A stretch of 54,597 nucleotides of DNA, filler included, from Sphacelaria rigidula (lineage: Eukaryota), in the NCBI GenBank assembly GCA_964200075.2. It is 5 parts of 5 records of this genome, joined end to end, with 100 filler letters (N's around TTAATTAATTAA, not from the genome) between each part and the next. Parts side by side here need not be neighbours in the genome. Positions count along the whole stretch, not along the records: positions 32,820 to 43,658 come from CAXNAA020005823.1; positions 43,759 to 54,597 come from CAXNAA020005824.1; 3 more parts are not named here. One strand, 5' to 3'. The notes beneath the pieces were generated by a model. The model saw only the letters and a program-made list of their open reading frames with translations. It did not search any database and was not told the DNA's origin. A program made the translations under genes and the position numbers. Numbering within the stretch: the first letter of the stretch is position 1; every line of letters begins with the position of its first letter. Of this stretch, positions 36,601 to 48,470 are shown in pieces.

Positions 36601-39600
36601 GCGACGTTATCGTGAATCCCGGTGAGGGTGTCTCCATCGATTTGTAGCCTAGAAACGTTCTTGTAGGCTGAGCGTTGATGGATACACGTTTCCCGGGATT
36701 GACGATCCCGTCGCCATGCTATTCCTAGTTGGACAAAAAGACAACAGGCTTTGGAGAAGGAGACGGAATGAGGGTGCTTCGGGGCAGGCTCAGCGGGGGC
36801 GGGGTGAGGGTTTACTATTGGGTAGCATGGCGACGTTATCGTGAATCCCGGTGAGGGTGTCTTCATCGATTTATAGCCTAGAAACGTTCTAGGCTGAGCG
36901 TTGATGGAGACACGTTTCCCGGCATTGACGATCCCGTCGCCATGCTGTTCCAAGTTGGACAGAAGACGACAGGCTTCAGAGAAGAAGACGGAATGACGGT
37001 ACTTTGGGGCAGGCTCAGCGGAGGCGGGGTGAGGAATTGTCGTCAGGTTCGGGTCCTGAGGAATAATCTCATGCTATAGCTAATGGTTGCCCCCGAGGGC
37101 GTTATGGCAATTTGGACTCGAGCGCGAGGGTGCTTAATAACATCGTCATAGACGAAGTTGTTGATGTGGAAGTCAGCGGCCGCGAGGGGAGTGCTTTTTC
37201 ACCCAAGAGATGGCCACGACGCTCTCGACGGCAATCACTGCCCACACCGAGATACTGCTTGTGATGGTGGGCACCTCACGAGAGCTCCTCAGTCTGCTGC
37301 CGCTGCGCCTACCCGAAAGTACGGTCACGGGGCCTCTATCTGCATAGCTTGTTGTCTACCGTGCAACTGCGGGTAGCATTGTGACGTCATGGTGCATTCC
37401 GCTAAGGGTGTCCCCATCGATTTTTAGTCCACAACGAGTTTTAGGATTAGCGTTGATGGGGGCACCTTCCCGGGAGATTTACGATGCCGTCGCCATGTTA
37501 TTCTTGATTGCCACCGCAATGTTATCCTTAGTTGGAGATAAGACAACCGGGTATGCTGAACGAGATGCCATGAGCTTACTTGGGGGCAGGCTCAGCAGCG
37601 GCGGGGTGAGGAGTTGTAGTGAGATGTCGACCGTGAGGGAGAATATCATGGTGTAGCTAGTGGTTGCCCCCGAAGACTTTATGGCCATTTTCGGATACGA
37701 GCACGGAGTTGCTTGAATACATCGTCACACATGAAGTTGAGGAAATCACCGGGAGCGAGGTAAGGGTTGTTTTACGCAAAATATGACCACAACGCCCTCG
37801 GCGACAACCACTGTTCACATCGAGATACTGCTTGTGACAGTGGACATCTCACGACAACTCTTCAGTCCGCGGCCCCTTAGACTGCCAGGAAACATGCTCA
37901 TGGGGCCTCTTGGTGCGTAGCTATTGTCTTCCGTGTAACTATGGGTAGCATGGCGATGTCATCGTGGATCCCGGTAAGGGTGTCCCCGTCGCTTTATAGT
38001 CTAGGGAGGATGTTCCACGCTGGGCGTTGGTGAGGACACCTTTCCCGGAATTGACGATTCCGTCGCCATATTTTCCTTAGTTGGACAGAAGACAACAAGC
38101 TATGCAGAAGGATACACCATGAGGGTGCTTTGGGGCAGGCTCAGCGGCAGTGGGGAGGAGTTGTAGTGAGATGTTGACCGTGGGGAGGAGTATCATTGTA
38201 TGAGTGGCGGTTGCCCAGAGGGCATTGTGGGCATCTTCGGGCATGAGAGCGGAGGTGCTTGATAACACTGTCAGAGACGAAGTGGTGGACGTAATCAGAC
38301 GAGAAGGGGGAGCTCTCCTACTTGAGAGAACCCTGCAACGCTCTCGGCAGCAACAACTGTCCACACCAATATATCCGTTTTGATGGTGAACATCTTACTA
38401 CGATTTCTCAGTCCGCCGCCGCTGAGCCTGCCCGGAGGCGCGCTCATGGGACCTCTATCCGCATGGCCCGTTGCCTGCCGTGTAAGTATAGGTAGCACAG
38501 CGACGTCATCGTGAATCCCGGTGAGGGTGTTTCCATCGATTTTGAGTCTGGAAACGTCTTTCTAGCATGAACGTTGACGGGGACACGGTTCTGGGCAGTG
38601 ACGATTCAGTCATGTTATCCTTAATTGGGCATAAGACAACAGGCTATGCAGAAGTAGACGCCATGGGGGTGGTTCGGGACAGGCTCAGGGGCGGCGGGGT
38701 AAGGAGTTGTAGTGAGATGTCGACCGTGGGGAGGAGTATCTAAGTATGGGTAGTGGTCGCCCCCGAGGGCTTTGTGGCCACCTTCGGGCACGAGCGCGGA
38801 GTTGAAGTTATGAAAGTCACCGGGCGCGAGGGAAGGGCGGTTCTACCGGAAAGATGGCCATAATGCTTCCGGCGGCAACCGTTGTCAACACTGAGATACT
38901 ACTTAAGACGGTGGACATCTCGCGACAACCCGCCAGTCCGCTATCGCTGAGCCCGCTCAGAAGTACGCTCATGGAGCCTCTATCTGCGTAGCCTGTTGTC
39001 TTCCGTGTAACTTTGGATAGCATTGAAGCATCATCGTCAATTCCTGTAAGGGTGTCCCCGTCGATTGTTTATCTAGAAACGATTTTCCAGGCTGAGCGTT
39101 GATCAGAACACCCTTACCAGGATGCACGATGAAATCACAGTGTTATCCATACTTCCACGGAAGACAACAGGCTATACACAAGAAGGCCTCACGAGGGTGG
39201 TTCCGGGCAGGCTCAGCAGCGACGAGGTGAGAAGTTGTAGCAAGATGTCCACCGTGGGGAGGAGTGTCGTGGTATGGGCGGGGTTTGCCCCCGAGGGCGG
39301 TGTGGTCATCGTCGGGTACAAGCGCTCAGGTGCTTGAAAATATCGTCAGGGACGAAGTTGTGAAAGTCACGTGGCGCGAGGGAAGTCTTTTTTAACCTAG
39401 GAAATGGCCACAACGCTCTCGGCGGCAACCACTGTCCACACCAAGATATTCCTTCCTACGGTGGGCATCTCACTACAGCTCCTCAGTCCGCCGCCGCTGA
39501 GCCTGCCCGCAAGCACGCTCATGGGGCCTCTATCTCCGTAGCTTGTTGTCTTCCGTGTAACTATGGGTAGCATGGCGACGTCATGGTGAATCCCGGTAAG

Positions 39601-41220
39601 GGTGTCCCCGTCGATTTTCAGTCTCGAAAAGGTTTTCTAGGCTGAACGTTGATGGGGACACCTTTCCCGGAATTGACGATTCCGTCGCCATGTTATCCTT
39701 AATTGGACAGAAGACAACAGGCTACCCCGAAAGAGACGCTATGAGGTTGCTACCGGGCAGGCTCAGCGGCGGCGGGGTGAGGAGTTGTCATGAGATGACG
39801 ACCATGGGGAGGAGTATCGTGGTATGGGTAGTGGTTGCTCCCGAGGGCGTTGCGGCCATCTCCGGGCACAAGCGCTTAGGTGCTTGAAAATATCGTCAGG
39901 GGCGAAGTTGTGGAAGTCATCACACGGGACAGGGGGGCCTTCCCTACCGAAGAGATGGCCACAACGCTTTCGGCGGCAACCACTGTCCACACCGAGATAC
40001 TGCTCCTGACGGTTGTGACTTTAGGACAACTCCTCAGGGCGCCACCGCTGTGCCTTCTCTCAAGCGCGCTCATGGGGCCTTTATCTGCGTAGCTTGTTGT
40101 CTTCCGTGTAACTATGAGTAGTATGGAGACGTCATCGTGGATCCCGGTAAGGGTGTCCCTATCTATTTTCAGCCTATAAATGGTTTTTCAGGCTAAGCTT
40201 TGATGGGGACACATTTCCCGGCATTGGCGATTTCGTCGCCATGTTATCCCTTTTTGGGCAGAAGACAACAGGCTTTGCGGAAGGAAACGGCAAGAGGGTG
40301 CTTCGGGGCAGGTCCCCGGCGGCGGGGTGAAGAATGGTAGTGAGATGTCGATCATGGGAAGAAGTATCTCAGTGTAGGTAGTGGTTGCTCCCGAGGGTGC
40401 TGTGGCGATCTGCGGGCGCGAACGTGTAGGGGCTTGATAACATCTTCAGAGACAAATTCCTGGGATTTATTGGACTCCATGTAAGTTCGGGTCCACCCAA
40501 GGGATGGCCACAATCCCCCCGGTGGCAATCACCGTCCACACCTAACGTTTTCTTTATGTTGGACATCTCACTCCAACCCCTACGTTCGGCGCCTTTGAGC
40601 CCACTCCAAAGCACGCTCATCTAATCTCTGTGTAGACTGTTATCTACCGTATAACTAGGGGTTTTCATGGTGGTGTTGTTGTGATTCCCGTCAAGGGCGT
40701 CGTCGAATATTCTTTGCGTAGGAGCGATATTCCAGGCTAAGTGTCAATGGGGACACCTTTCCTGGGAGAGATGGTGCCGTCGCCATATTATCCTTCGTCT
40801 GGACGGAAGGGCTCTCGTACCCAAGATATGGTCACAACGCTGCCGGCGGCAACCACTGTTTAGCTCAAGATGCTTTTTCCGACGTTGGAAATCTCACTAC
40901 AGCTCCTCAGTGCGCCTCCGCTGAGCCTGCCAGGTAGCACCCTCATGGATCCGTTATCTGCATAGCCTGTGGTCCCCCGTGTAGCTTTGGGTAGCATAGC
41001 GACATCATCGCGAATACTGGCAAGGGCGTCTCCATCGATGTTTAGCCCAGAAACGTATATCTAGGCGTCACGTCGGTGGGCACACCTGTCCCCGGATTGA
41101 CGATCCCGTCACCATATCATCCCTATCGGGCAGCGGCTAAGCGGCCAAGCAGAGGAAGTCACCAGGAGAATGCTTCGGGGCAGGCTGAGATGCGGCGGGG
41201 AGGGGAGTTGTAGTGAGACG
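33620..41220. repeat. Tandem array of ~14 diverged ~550-bp units, each an inverted repeat of ~225-bp arms (alternating-orientation hairpin array)
   Basis: Marker GTAACTATGGGTAGC-like sites at ~34393, 34944, 35503, 36583, 37363, 37935, 38482, 39007, 39557, 40108, 40651 and 40981. GGCAGGCTCAGCGGCGGCGG and its reverse complement CCGCCGCCGCTGAGCCTGCC alternate along the array. Confidence 0.95.
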
Positions 41221-41233
41221 GAACAAAAAAGAA

Positions 41234-41645
41234 GAATCTGTCGGGATTCGAACTCGTGCTCTCCATAACTGGAGTCTACTGCATCACTCGGATTAAAGGG
41301 GGCGCAGCGGTGTCACACGAAGAGTGCCCCCCTGGGCCGAATTTCAGGAGTTTTTGGCCGAAATCGCACCAGGATCTCCTGCACACAAGTACGCACAACA
41401 GCACGAGGGATGCTGATGTATTTATTTCATTTTCACGGAGTTATAGCAGTTTTCCAGTTTTTGCAGAAAGTTCACATCGCTCTAACTTTCTGTTTTTTTG
41501 TCTTGTTTTTCGTGGCATCCCGCGTAATGTTGTGCGTATTGATGATAAAAATTTGTCAATCTTTCAGCGCCCAACTTCTCGAATTACCCACAGCCGGGCC
41601 CGGAAACATAAAAAATCTCCGTCAGCTGGCCCAGCTCGTACAGCC
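41234..41645 (-). mobile_element. Dispersed ~400-bp repeat with a B-box-like motif (second copy ~49472-49880)
   Basis: GAATCT.TCGGGATTCGAACTCGTG...GGGGCGC.GC.GTGTCACAC...GCTGGCCCAGCTCGT is shared with 49472-49877. GAGTTCGAATCCC on the minus strand. Confidence 0.6.
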
Positions 41646-41689
41646 TTGAGTACTCCACATAAATATTGGGAAATCACCCTCAGAAACGC

Positions 41690-42005
41690 CTGCTGGGTAT
41701 AGAGTATCACTTGGATATGACCTCAATACTCGCCCCTAATTTTTGGGTAGATTGGGTGGGACCGTAAAAGCTCTACCCAAATTTGGGTAGATTGGGTACG
41801 ACTTCAGTAGGCTACCCAGATTTAGGTAAAAACACTCTCAGCAATACCTGGGTGGAACCTGGTAGAGTATCTCACTCGGGTATGACCTCAAAACTCTACC
41901 AAAGAATTGGGTAAGTTGGGCACGATTTCAATACTTTACCCCAATGTTCGGGCACCAGTACGACTTTCCAAAATACCGAGTATTGGGTATACTCTACCCG
42001 ACCTG
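41690..42005. repeat. End fragment of the same ~41-bp-subrepeat TIR family as 24430-28180
   Basis: GGGTAGATTGGGT../TATGACCTCAA subrepeats, ending TACTCTACCCGACCTG. Confidence 0.65.
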
Positions 42006-42088
42006 CCTTTTGAAACCCTCTCCTACGGAGCTGGTTGGTCAAGGTACCTTCGCGTCGTGCAATTACCAGGAACTGAGAACCAGCCCAT

Positions 42089-43395
42089 ATAGGGCTGTGA
42101 ACTGGACCAGTTAACACTGTCGGTTACACTGGAACTGCACTTGAACTGGAACTGGTGACGAGGGCGCCGGTTGTTCAGTTTATTTGAGGGTTCTCGTTAC
42201 CGGCTATTTTCATACCAGTTTGTGTGTGCATTTATGAGAGAGGTGCTCACTACTTGCACTGCGGTAGGGCGCCATTTTTCATGCGCAAGGATTGTGGTGA
42301 GGAAGGCTCACAACTCGCTGAGCCCCGAGCGCGTTGAGCTGTTGATTTTCTTGCGTAGCACGTGGCAATTTGAAGAGAAATATGCGGTATCCATTGAGAC
42401 GGAAGGCGCTTCGAAGGCGTCGAAGGAAACTGTTTGCGTTCATGACGCGTGAAGCAGTGATGTACAGCTTCGTGCTCCGTCTCCCGTGTTCCGGCCGATT
42501 TGTACGGCATAGGTCTGGCGTTCTGGAGTAGTACGATAGCACACAAAGAACGGGTTTGCCTTGGGCCAGTCACTAGCTGACTACTCCAGGTGTTATCTGC
42601 TCGTGTTGTCCCGTTTGCTTCATTGGTGTCTCGTGGTTCTGCAGTTGTCCATCTTTCGACCATAGCGTGTAGGTCGACGGCTGGTCGGTCGAATGAGGCA
42701 AATGGAAGAAGCAAGAAGTGTGAGTTACCATATATACGGTGGGACGCTTGGCGCGAAACTTCAGGACGCCAAAGCCCAGTTACCAATTGCCAACTGTGTG
42801 AAGAGCGTTCTTCACATGATACAGCACATGCTCATTACACCTCGAAGGGATATAGCAAATAAGTCAACGTTTGTCGTTTCATTGCGCGACATCCGAAAAC
42901 AGATCTAGCAAACGGTAACTGGCGACCACACAGAACAAACTACACCGTGGCGTACTATTCAACTACATGCATGTCTGTCGGTCCGGATGTGAAGAATTTG
43001 ACGCTCTTGTCCCACGTGCTGCCGGCCTTGGCTTCCTTGTTCCGATCATCCACTCGTCATAGAGAGCCTCTGCTGCTGCATACAGATGAACGCCCTTCGA
43101 ATGGCTCACCGTTCTTGATGATTTTGAATGTTATATAAGCCTCTACTACGCTCCAGGTGAGGGGTCACATTTTTTACGGCTATCCACAGCTTTTGAAGGT
43201 GAAGCAAGTCGAATACCACAATTTTTCTACTCTCCGGTAGTGCTCCCGCGACCCCTCCTCACCAGCCGAGGGAGGGTGCCGGGGCTCGTGGCGTCGCCGC
43301 TCGCCGCCGATGTTTTCTCAGTTCATCGGTTCTCAGTTTATCGTTCGATGAACTTGAAAAATATCGGTGTACTTGCCGCTGGCGCGGCCAGTTGA
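42089..43395 (+). mobile_element. Decayed hAT-superfamily element retaining a transposase C-terminal dimerisation-domain fragment (~42250-42380)
   Basis: Starts TAGGGCTGTGAACTGG, a hAT-like end repeated at ~51232. Peptide TTCTAVGRHFSCARIVVRKAHNSLSPERVELLIFLR resembles the hATC S...ER.FS.A......R..L....E pattern. Right boundary is uncertain. Confidence 0.65.
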
Positions 43396-43658
43396 AACTT
43401 AACCCTTTTGGGACAGGGCCTCCAGAACGACCAATGAGGCTGGGCAGGAATTATGTGTCTCGCGTCTGTACGACACAGGGGGTTTATGTTGCTGAAAATC
43501 CACGTATGTACCCGCAGGGTTGGGAGGAAAACCGAAAGTTTCATCCAATCTATTTTCAGCTGCAGATACAAACTTCAATTCGAGTGAGGTGCGCATCAGG
43601 TTATGTGCATCTGATGTAACAAGCAGTATGGGTCGCCGTAGAGAGCTTTCAACAGGAT

Positions 43659-43758
43659 NNNNNNNNNNNNNNNNNNNNNNNNNNNNNNNNNNNNNNNNNN
43701 NNTTAATTAATTAANNNNNNNNNNNNNNNNNNNNNNNNNNNNNNNNNNNNNNNNNNNN
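43659..43758. other. Artificial contig linker
   Basis: N44-TTAATTAATTAA-N44. Confidence 0.97.
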
Positions 43759-43822
43759 CACGTATCCCGAAAGGGGTAGACTGGCGTCCAGAATAAATGG
43801 GACGACAACACACACACACAAC
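43759..43822 (+). mobile_element. 3' tail of the tRNA-SINE family (truncated by contig start)
   Basis: GAAAGG.GTAGA..GGCGTCCAGAATA.ATGGGACGACAA plus (CA)n, matching 26679-26718. Confidence 0.7.
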
Positions 43823-45867
43823 AGACTTCAAACGACAGCAGCCTTGCTGGGAGCTCAGTTTCCATACTCGTATTCGTTGACCGCACCGTAAGCTCTTGCT
43901 GTATGCTGCATTAATATATTTTTGTTGAAAGAACACTTCGAAAATATGCTTTCACAGAATACATATGTGACAAGGGCATAATATATACTTATATGCTACA
44001 ATTGTGATTTTGTGCCGATTATGGGGCATCATCCGGGACATCATTATTGTCATATTTTGTTTGACCTGACCCTCAATTGGACGCGAGACCCGCGGGAACC
44101 TTTATTTACGGCGAAACCTCCGACTCTATCGTTTGGATTATTTTTATTTGTTCTCGTCGTTCGTTCTGACATGCCCGCCCTCTGTCATTGCATGGGTCTC
44201 AATTTCGCAAAGGAAGTGGGGAGGCTGTAGGCGTCACCCGCCTGGGGAAGAAATATCACTCTTCGATGATTCGAAGCCCCGGCACTTTTTTAAATCTCGG
44301 ACGTCGTTTTTTCCACAACCAAGCGTGCATACACCTCCGTACACAAAAATGTATTGCAGATTCGGAAACGTGTTTTTTTCGTTGGCTTTTTTTTGTCGGG
44401 GTATATATCACGCATGAATTTGACAGTCCGGAAAACTTGCAGTATTTCTCTCAGCGTTTTGCGTTTTGCACGTGTTTCGTGAGGAAGAGATAGTAGAGAG
44501 TTGCGGAAAAAAAACTGAACTCAGGGATGAATGAAAAACGGGTGGAATGTTGACGCTAAAACCCCAACCTTTTTTTTTGTTTCACCGAGTAGGTGTGGAC
44601 CGCGGGCAAAGTTCCAGGGTTTAGTATTTGATGTTCCGAATGCCTCGTGGTCCGTGTCATAAGTTGAAGAAGTAAATGTCGCGCCGTGCTGTTCTGCGGT
44701 TGTACTCTGCGCCTACGCACGTGGTGCTACCCGTGCAGCGCGAAAGAGCATGTACAGAGCCGTGCTACGATAGGTTGGGTGTTTGACTGCAGGAAAAAAC
44801 GACTCACAGGTGTTTCAGACAACCTGATACACTCGCTGTGCGCTTTTATTTGGATAATAGTATGAACAAGCGCTATTTTATTGGTAACACGCGCGTTCGG
44901 ACAATCGTTGCTGCTTACAACAATGACTCGAAGTTGAAGTTTGTGGAAGCAATGGCCCAGAATACCCCCCGTCGTATCGTAGCATGACTATATTTGTCTG
45001 TGCTTTCCCCGTGCCGTTGAATACGCGACAGTAGTATTGTCAACAGCAGCCTCCGGGTACGAACCCGGCAGAGTACACAACGTTGGGCGGCGCCCGCTAG
45101 TCGTTCATAAGTCCTGCGCCTGTCGGTGTGTGGTACAACATTAGTACAATTATGAGAGTTGAGAGTTTTACTGTTGCACAGTCTGTATACAGTTCTTTAC
45201 TGTCTGTTGTACAAGAGTAAACATACCTGTTTGTGTGCACGTGCATATGTCGAGAAAGTACGCCGATTCTCGATGAATGTTTTCTACGCAGTAATCGTAG
45301 CTGCGTGGAGGCGAGCGGGGGAGCCGAGACACCTGTCGACCTGGCTGAACATGGTCCGGCGAAAACCCGGCGTGCTCCGTCCTGGCTTTGTAGGGATGCG
45401 AGGTCAATGGTCTTATGACTATCATGAGTACACCCCCCCTCCCCCCCTCATTCCTTCGCTCACCCTTTTTTGGCCTCATGGAAATATTTCACACGGTGGC
45501 GAAAAATCATCATATTGTTAGTGCAAAGGCGAACTTCGCAAGCTGCCCCGTCATCTGCAGGGGTGATGTAACGTGCATGCACGTATGAGGCGGAGTGACG
45601 CTATCCTGCACCCCCTCCCCCCTCCCCACGGGGTGCCGCGCGATCTTTGGGCATATCCAAAGTTCAGCTTGTTTTTGATCACCGTAGATGTATGGGTCAT
45701 GTGACTCGCGGTCGACGCATGCTGGTCTCTCGAAGTCAGGGTAATTTTTTTTTATTCGAGTCAAGGAGACTAATGTCAACGCGAACCGACATCCAGATGT
45801 AAACTTGTTCTCAGCTCTCGACAAATTTGGGCTCGAGGGAAACATATGGGTATGATGCAGGTTGTGA

Positions 45868-45899
<32 letters not shown>

Positions 45900-48398
45900 G
45901 TATAAATTTATGCCACTCCTTGTGGTTGTGCCGAACTACGCGGTTTTGGAGGTATACTACTGAGTGCACAAGGGAAGAGAAAAGCCAGCACTCCTCGTAC
46001 ATGCCTGCAATAAAGGGGCTGTAGCAAGATGAAAACGGGAATGATGCTAGGTGTTTGAGCTTCTCGGCCATTCGCGGGAAATGGGTCGTTTTGAACTTAT
46101 AGAGCGTTAAATGTGGTACTGAAGCTGCAATCTGAACTGTTCGATCGTGGGACAGAACTGGACAACATGTTGATTTTGACGCAGTCTTCGAGCTTTGGCA
46201 AGAAGCCGGGGAAAGTTCCTTCCTCGCTTCCGTTCGAAAGCCACTTTCTTCTACCAACAGCAGATGACTTGCTATCTTGTGGGGTTCATATAGGTTTTGG
46301 AACTATTCTTGAATTGTCTGATGCATTCGGGGGCTCTTTTTCAACATAGGTGTCTATACCTGAGGAGAGAACGGGTCGGTCATACACATCACACGCCAAG
46401 ACATCGAACTTTGAGTGAACCGCTCAATTTCGATAAACCCTTCAGACTGTCGGGGTGGGTCGCGTGTTGAATCGGAACTTTCACTCGAAAATGGATGCCA
46501 GGCCTAGAAGGCGACGTACGCAGTGCCATCTAGTGCGACGTAATATTCGTATGTGCTCGTGATGGTTCCATATATGAGTAGGCATCACATATTCTCTGCA
46601 TCCTGCACACCCGGCGTAGGTTGGGTAATTTTCATGGCGGAGGAGGGTTGGAATGATTTTCTCGACATCTTTTGCTTTGGTTTTGACGAAAAACGGTTCA
46701 ACATACATGGAGGAAATGTACCAATTAAGGTGGTATGTGTTGGTTCTGCATGAACCGTGCGCTGCTGCCATGTCTTTCTTGCTGTGGATTTGGATATGGA
46801 GCAACGGGGATCCATTGTTGCCCACCTCTGCAGTGGTTTCCGTTGTGTCCATCACTACCTGCAGACACGAACGCTTCGTTTCTCGCGAGCTGATGTGTTT
46901 CTGGTTGCATGGTTAGGTAAGCACATGGTTTGTTGGGTGTATGTCTGGGATGCTTTCATGTAAACGAGGTGTTTCGAAGGCACAGTGGAAGCTCTCAAGC
47001 TCACTCATCTCTGGGAACAAGAACTTTTAGTTTCCAACAGCATGCTCGTATTATGTTTTACCTTTCTATCAAAACTAAAAGCCTTCTTTCTCCAGGAGGC
47101 GTGTCAACAAGATGGGACGGCCTCCGATGAAGAAAAGCGGAGGTAGTAACGGCACTTGGGGGTCGGACGATACCCCCCAAAAGTAGAAGTTTCGCAACTA
47201 CGAGTATTTCTGTGCACGCCGCGTTGTTGAAAGAGGATTTCCTGTCCCATAAGTAAAGTCCGTTATGATCACACGGACCCTTGACCGTGTCCAATGCAGT
47301 AGGCGGTATATATTGTAAATTTTTCATTTTAGTTTAGCTGAGTCACGTCTTTTTTTTTTCCTGGTTGCGCAGCAGCCAGCGTGCGCGAACGGCCGATGAT
47401 CGATCCGTCGGCCCCAAAATGGCTATATTTCGCCTCTTTTCCAAAACACGGAAAAGAACCCTGGGAACCCGAAAAACGGCATTATCGCGAAAAAAAGCAT
47501 GACTGGCTTTTTTTCTCCGGCTCATCGCTGGCATACGATAGCTACGCCTAGTCCGAAACCACTCGTTTACATTGCAGCCTTCAATTACTTCAAAATACGC
47601 CAAATTCATCGAAATTCGGCCGAAAATACCCAGATTGGACGGAATTTGGTCGAGTTTTGGCCATGTTTGACCCAACGGTTCTAAGGTTGTAGGTTGTCTT
47701 TTTCTTTTTTTTCCAGTGGCCATCTCTACAACTATATAGTTCCAACGAACCTAACCATAACATCGTGAGCACCTCCGTTGGCGAGGTACGGCCTATCCTC
47801 CATAACGGACTTTACCTGTAGGACAGAGGAGGTATTCCATCTGCACTGCTGAAACGTGCTGCACAGTTGCTTTCTATTTCCGATGCAGGTGGAATGAAAG
47901 GGTGCCTGTGGCTTCTGACAATGCTGTTCATTGTGTTCCGTCGGCCTGAAACGTGCTTGTGGGACTGAACAACCTTAGTGTAAGATAGGCGCTGGGATGT
48001 ATCTGTGGAAGGATGACCCAAATTTCCCGACGGGGTTGTCATAGACGAACGGCCATCATCCTGGTACACGCCCGCGTAGTTGAGTGTTGTGCTGTGGGCT
48101 TGCATTTTCGAAACTTTTACATCCTGTGAGGCTCCTTTTTGGAGGTGAGTAGCGTGGCGAATTTAGTCACTCATATTCTACCCTCCTTGAGTGAGCAAGG
48201 CGTGTTAGCCGCTTTGGCAGAACGCTCCAACCACAGAAGAAGTCCGTCGGGAATCTTTTTCGGTACATGTGCTTGTTACCACATTCAAGTATATTCCAGA
48301 CGTATTTGTGAAACAGGAGTACGTGAAAATATACTACACCGTTGTATATATCGATCATACTACCGTGTCTTTTTCCGTCGTGCTCTCCTCACAAGCAG

Positions 48399-48470
48399 GC
48401 TCTATCCCGCCCGCGTTTGGCAAGCTCAGAGCCCTCACCATATTGTGGCTTAACGACAACAAGCTATCTG
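48399..48470 (+). CDS. Single 72-nt leucine-rich-repeat exon (GSIPPAFGKLRALTILWLNDNKLS/G), ROCO/LRR-type gene
   Basis: Pyrimidine tract and GCAG acceptor, GTGAGT donor. Exactly 72 nt, phase 1/1. Fits the 24-aa G.IP..LG.L..L..L.L..N.LSG consensus. Confidence 0.88.

Noticed and set aside
33620-41220. Viroid-like/retrozyme multimer with hammerhead ribozymes (minus strand has CTGATGA and CTGACGA in the spacer)
   Set aside because: No conserved stem II followed by GAAA downstream of either motif, and intact units (~550-551 bp) are not a consistent multiple of 3. An Infernal ribozyme search would be needed to revive the idea.
33620-41220. CRISPR-like array
   Set aside because: Units are ~550 bp and homologous throughout, with no unique spacers and no cas genes; the context is eukaryotic.
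43399-43658. piggyBac-like end (TTAA followed by CCCTTT)
   Set aside because: Only one end is visible before the contig stops; no partner TIR or transposase.
33620-48470. Functional linkage between the hairpin array and the LRR exon
   Set aside because: They lie on different contigs separated by an artificial linker, and I see no sequence similarity between them.
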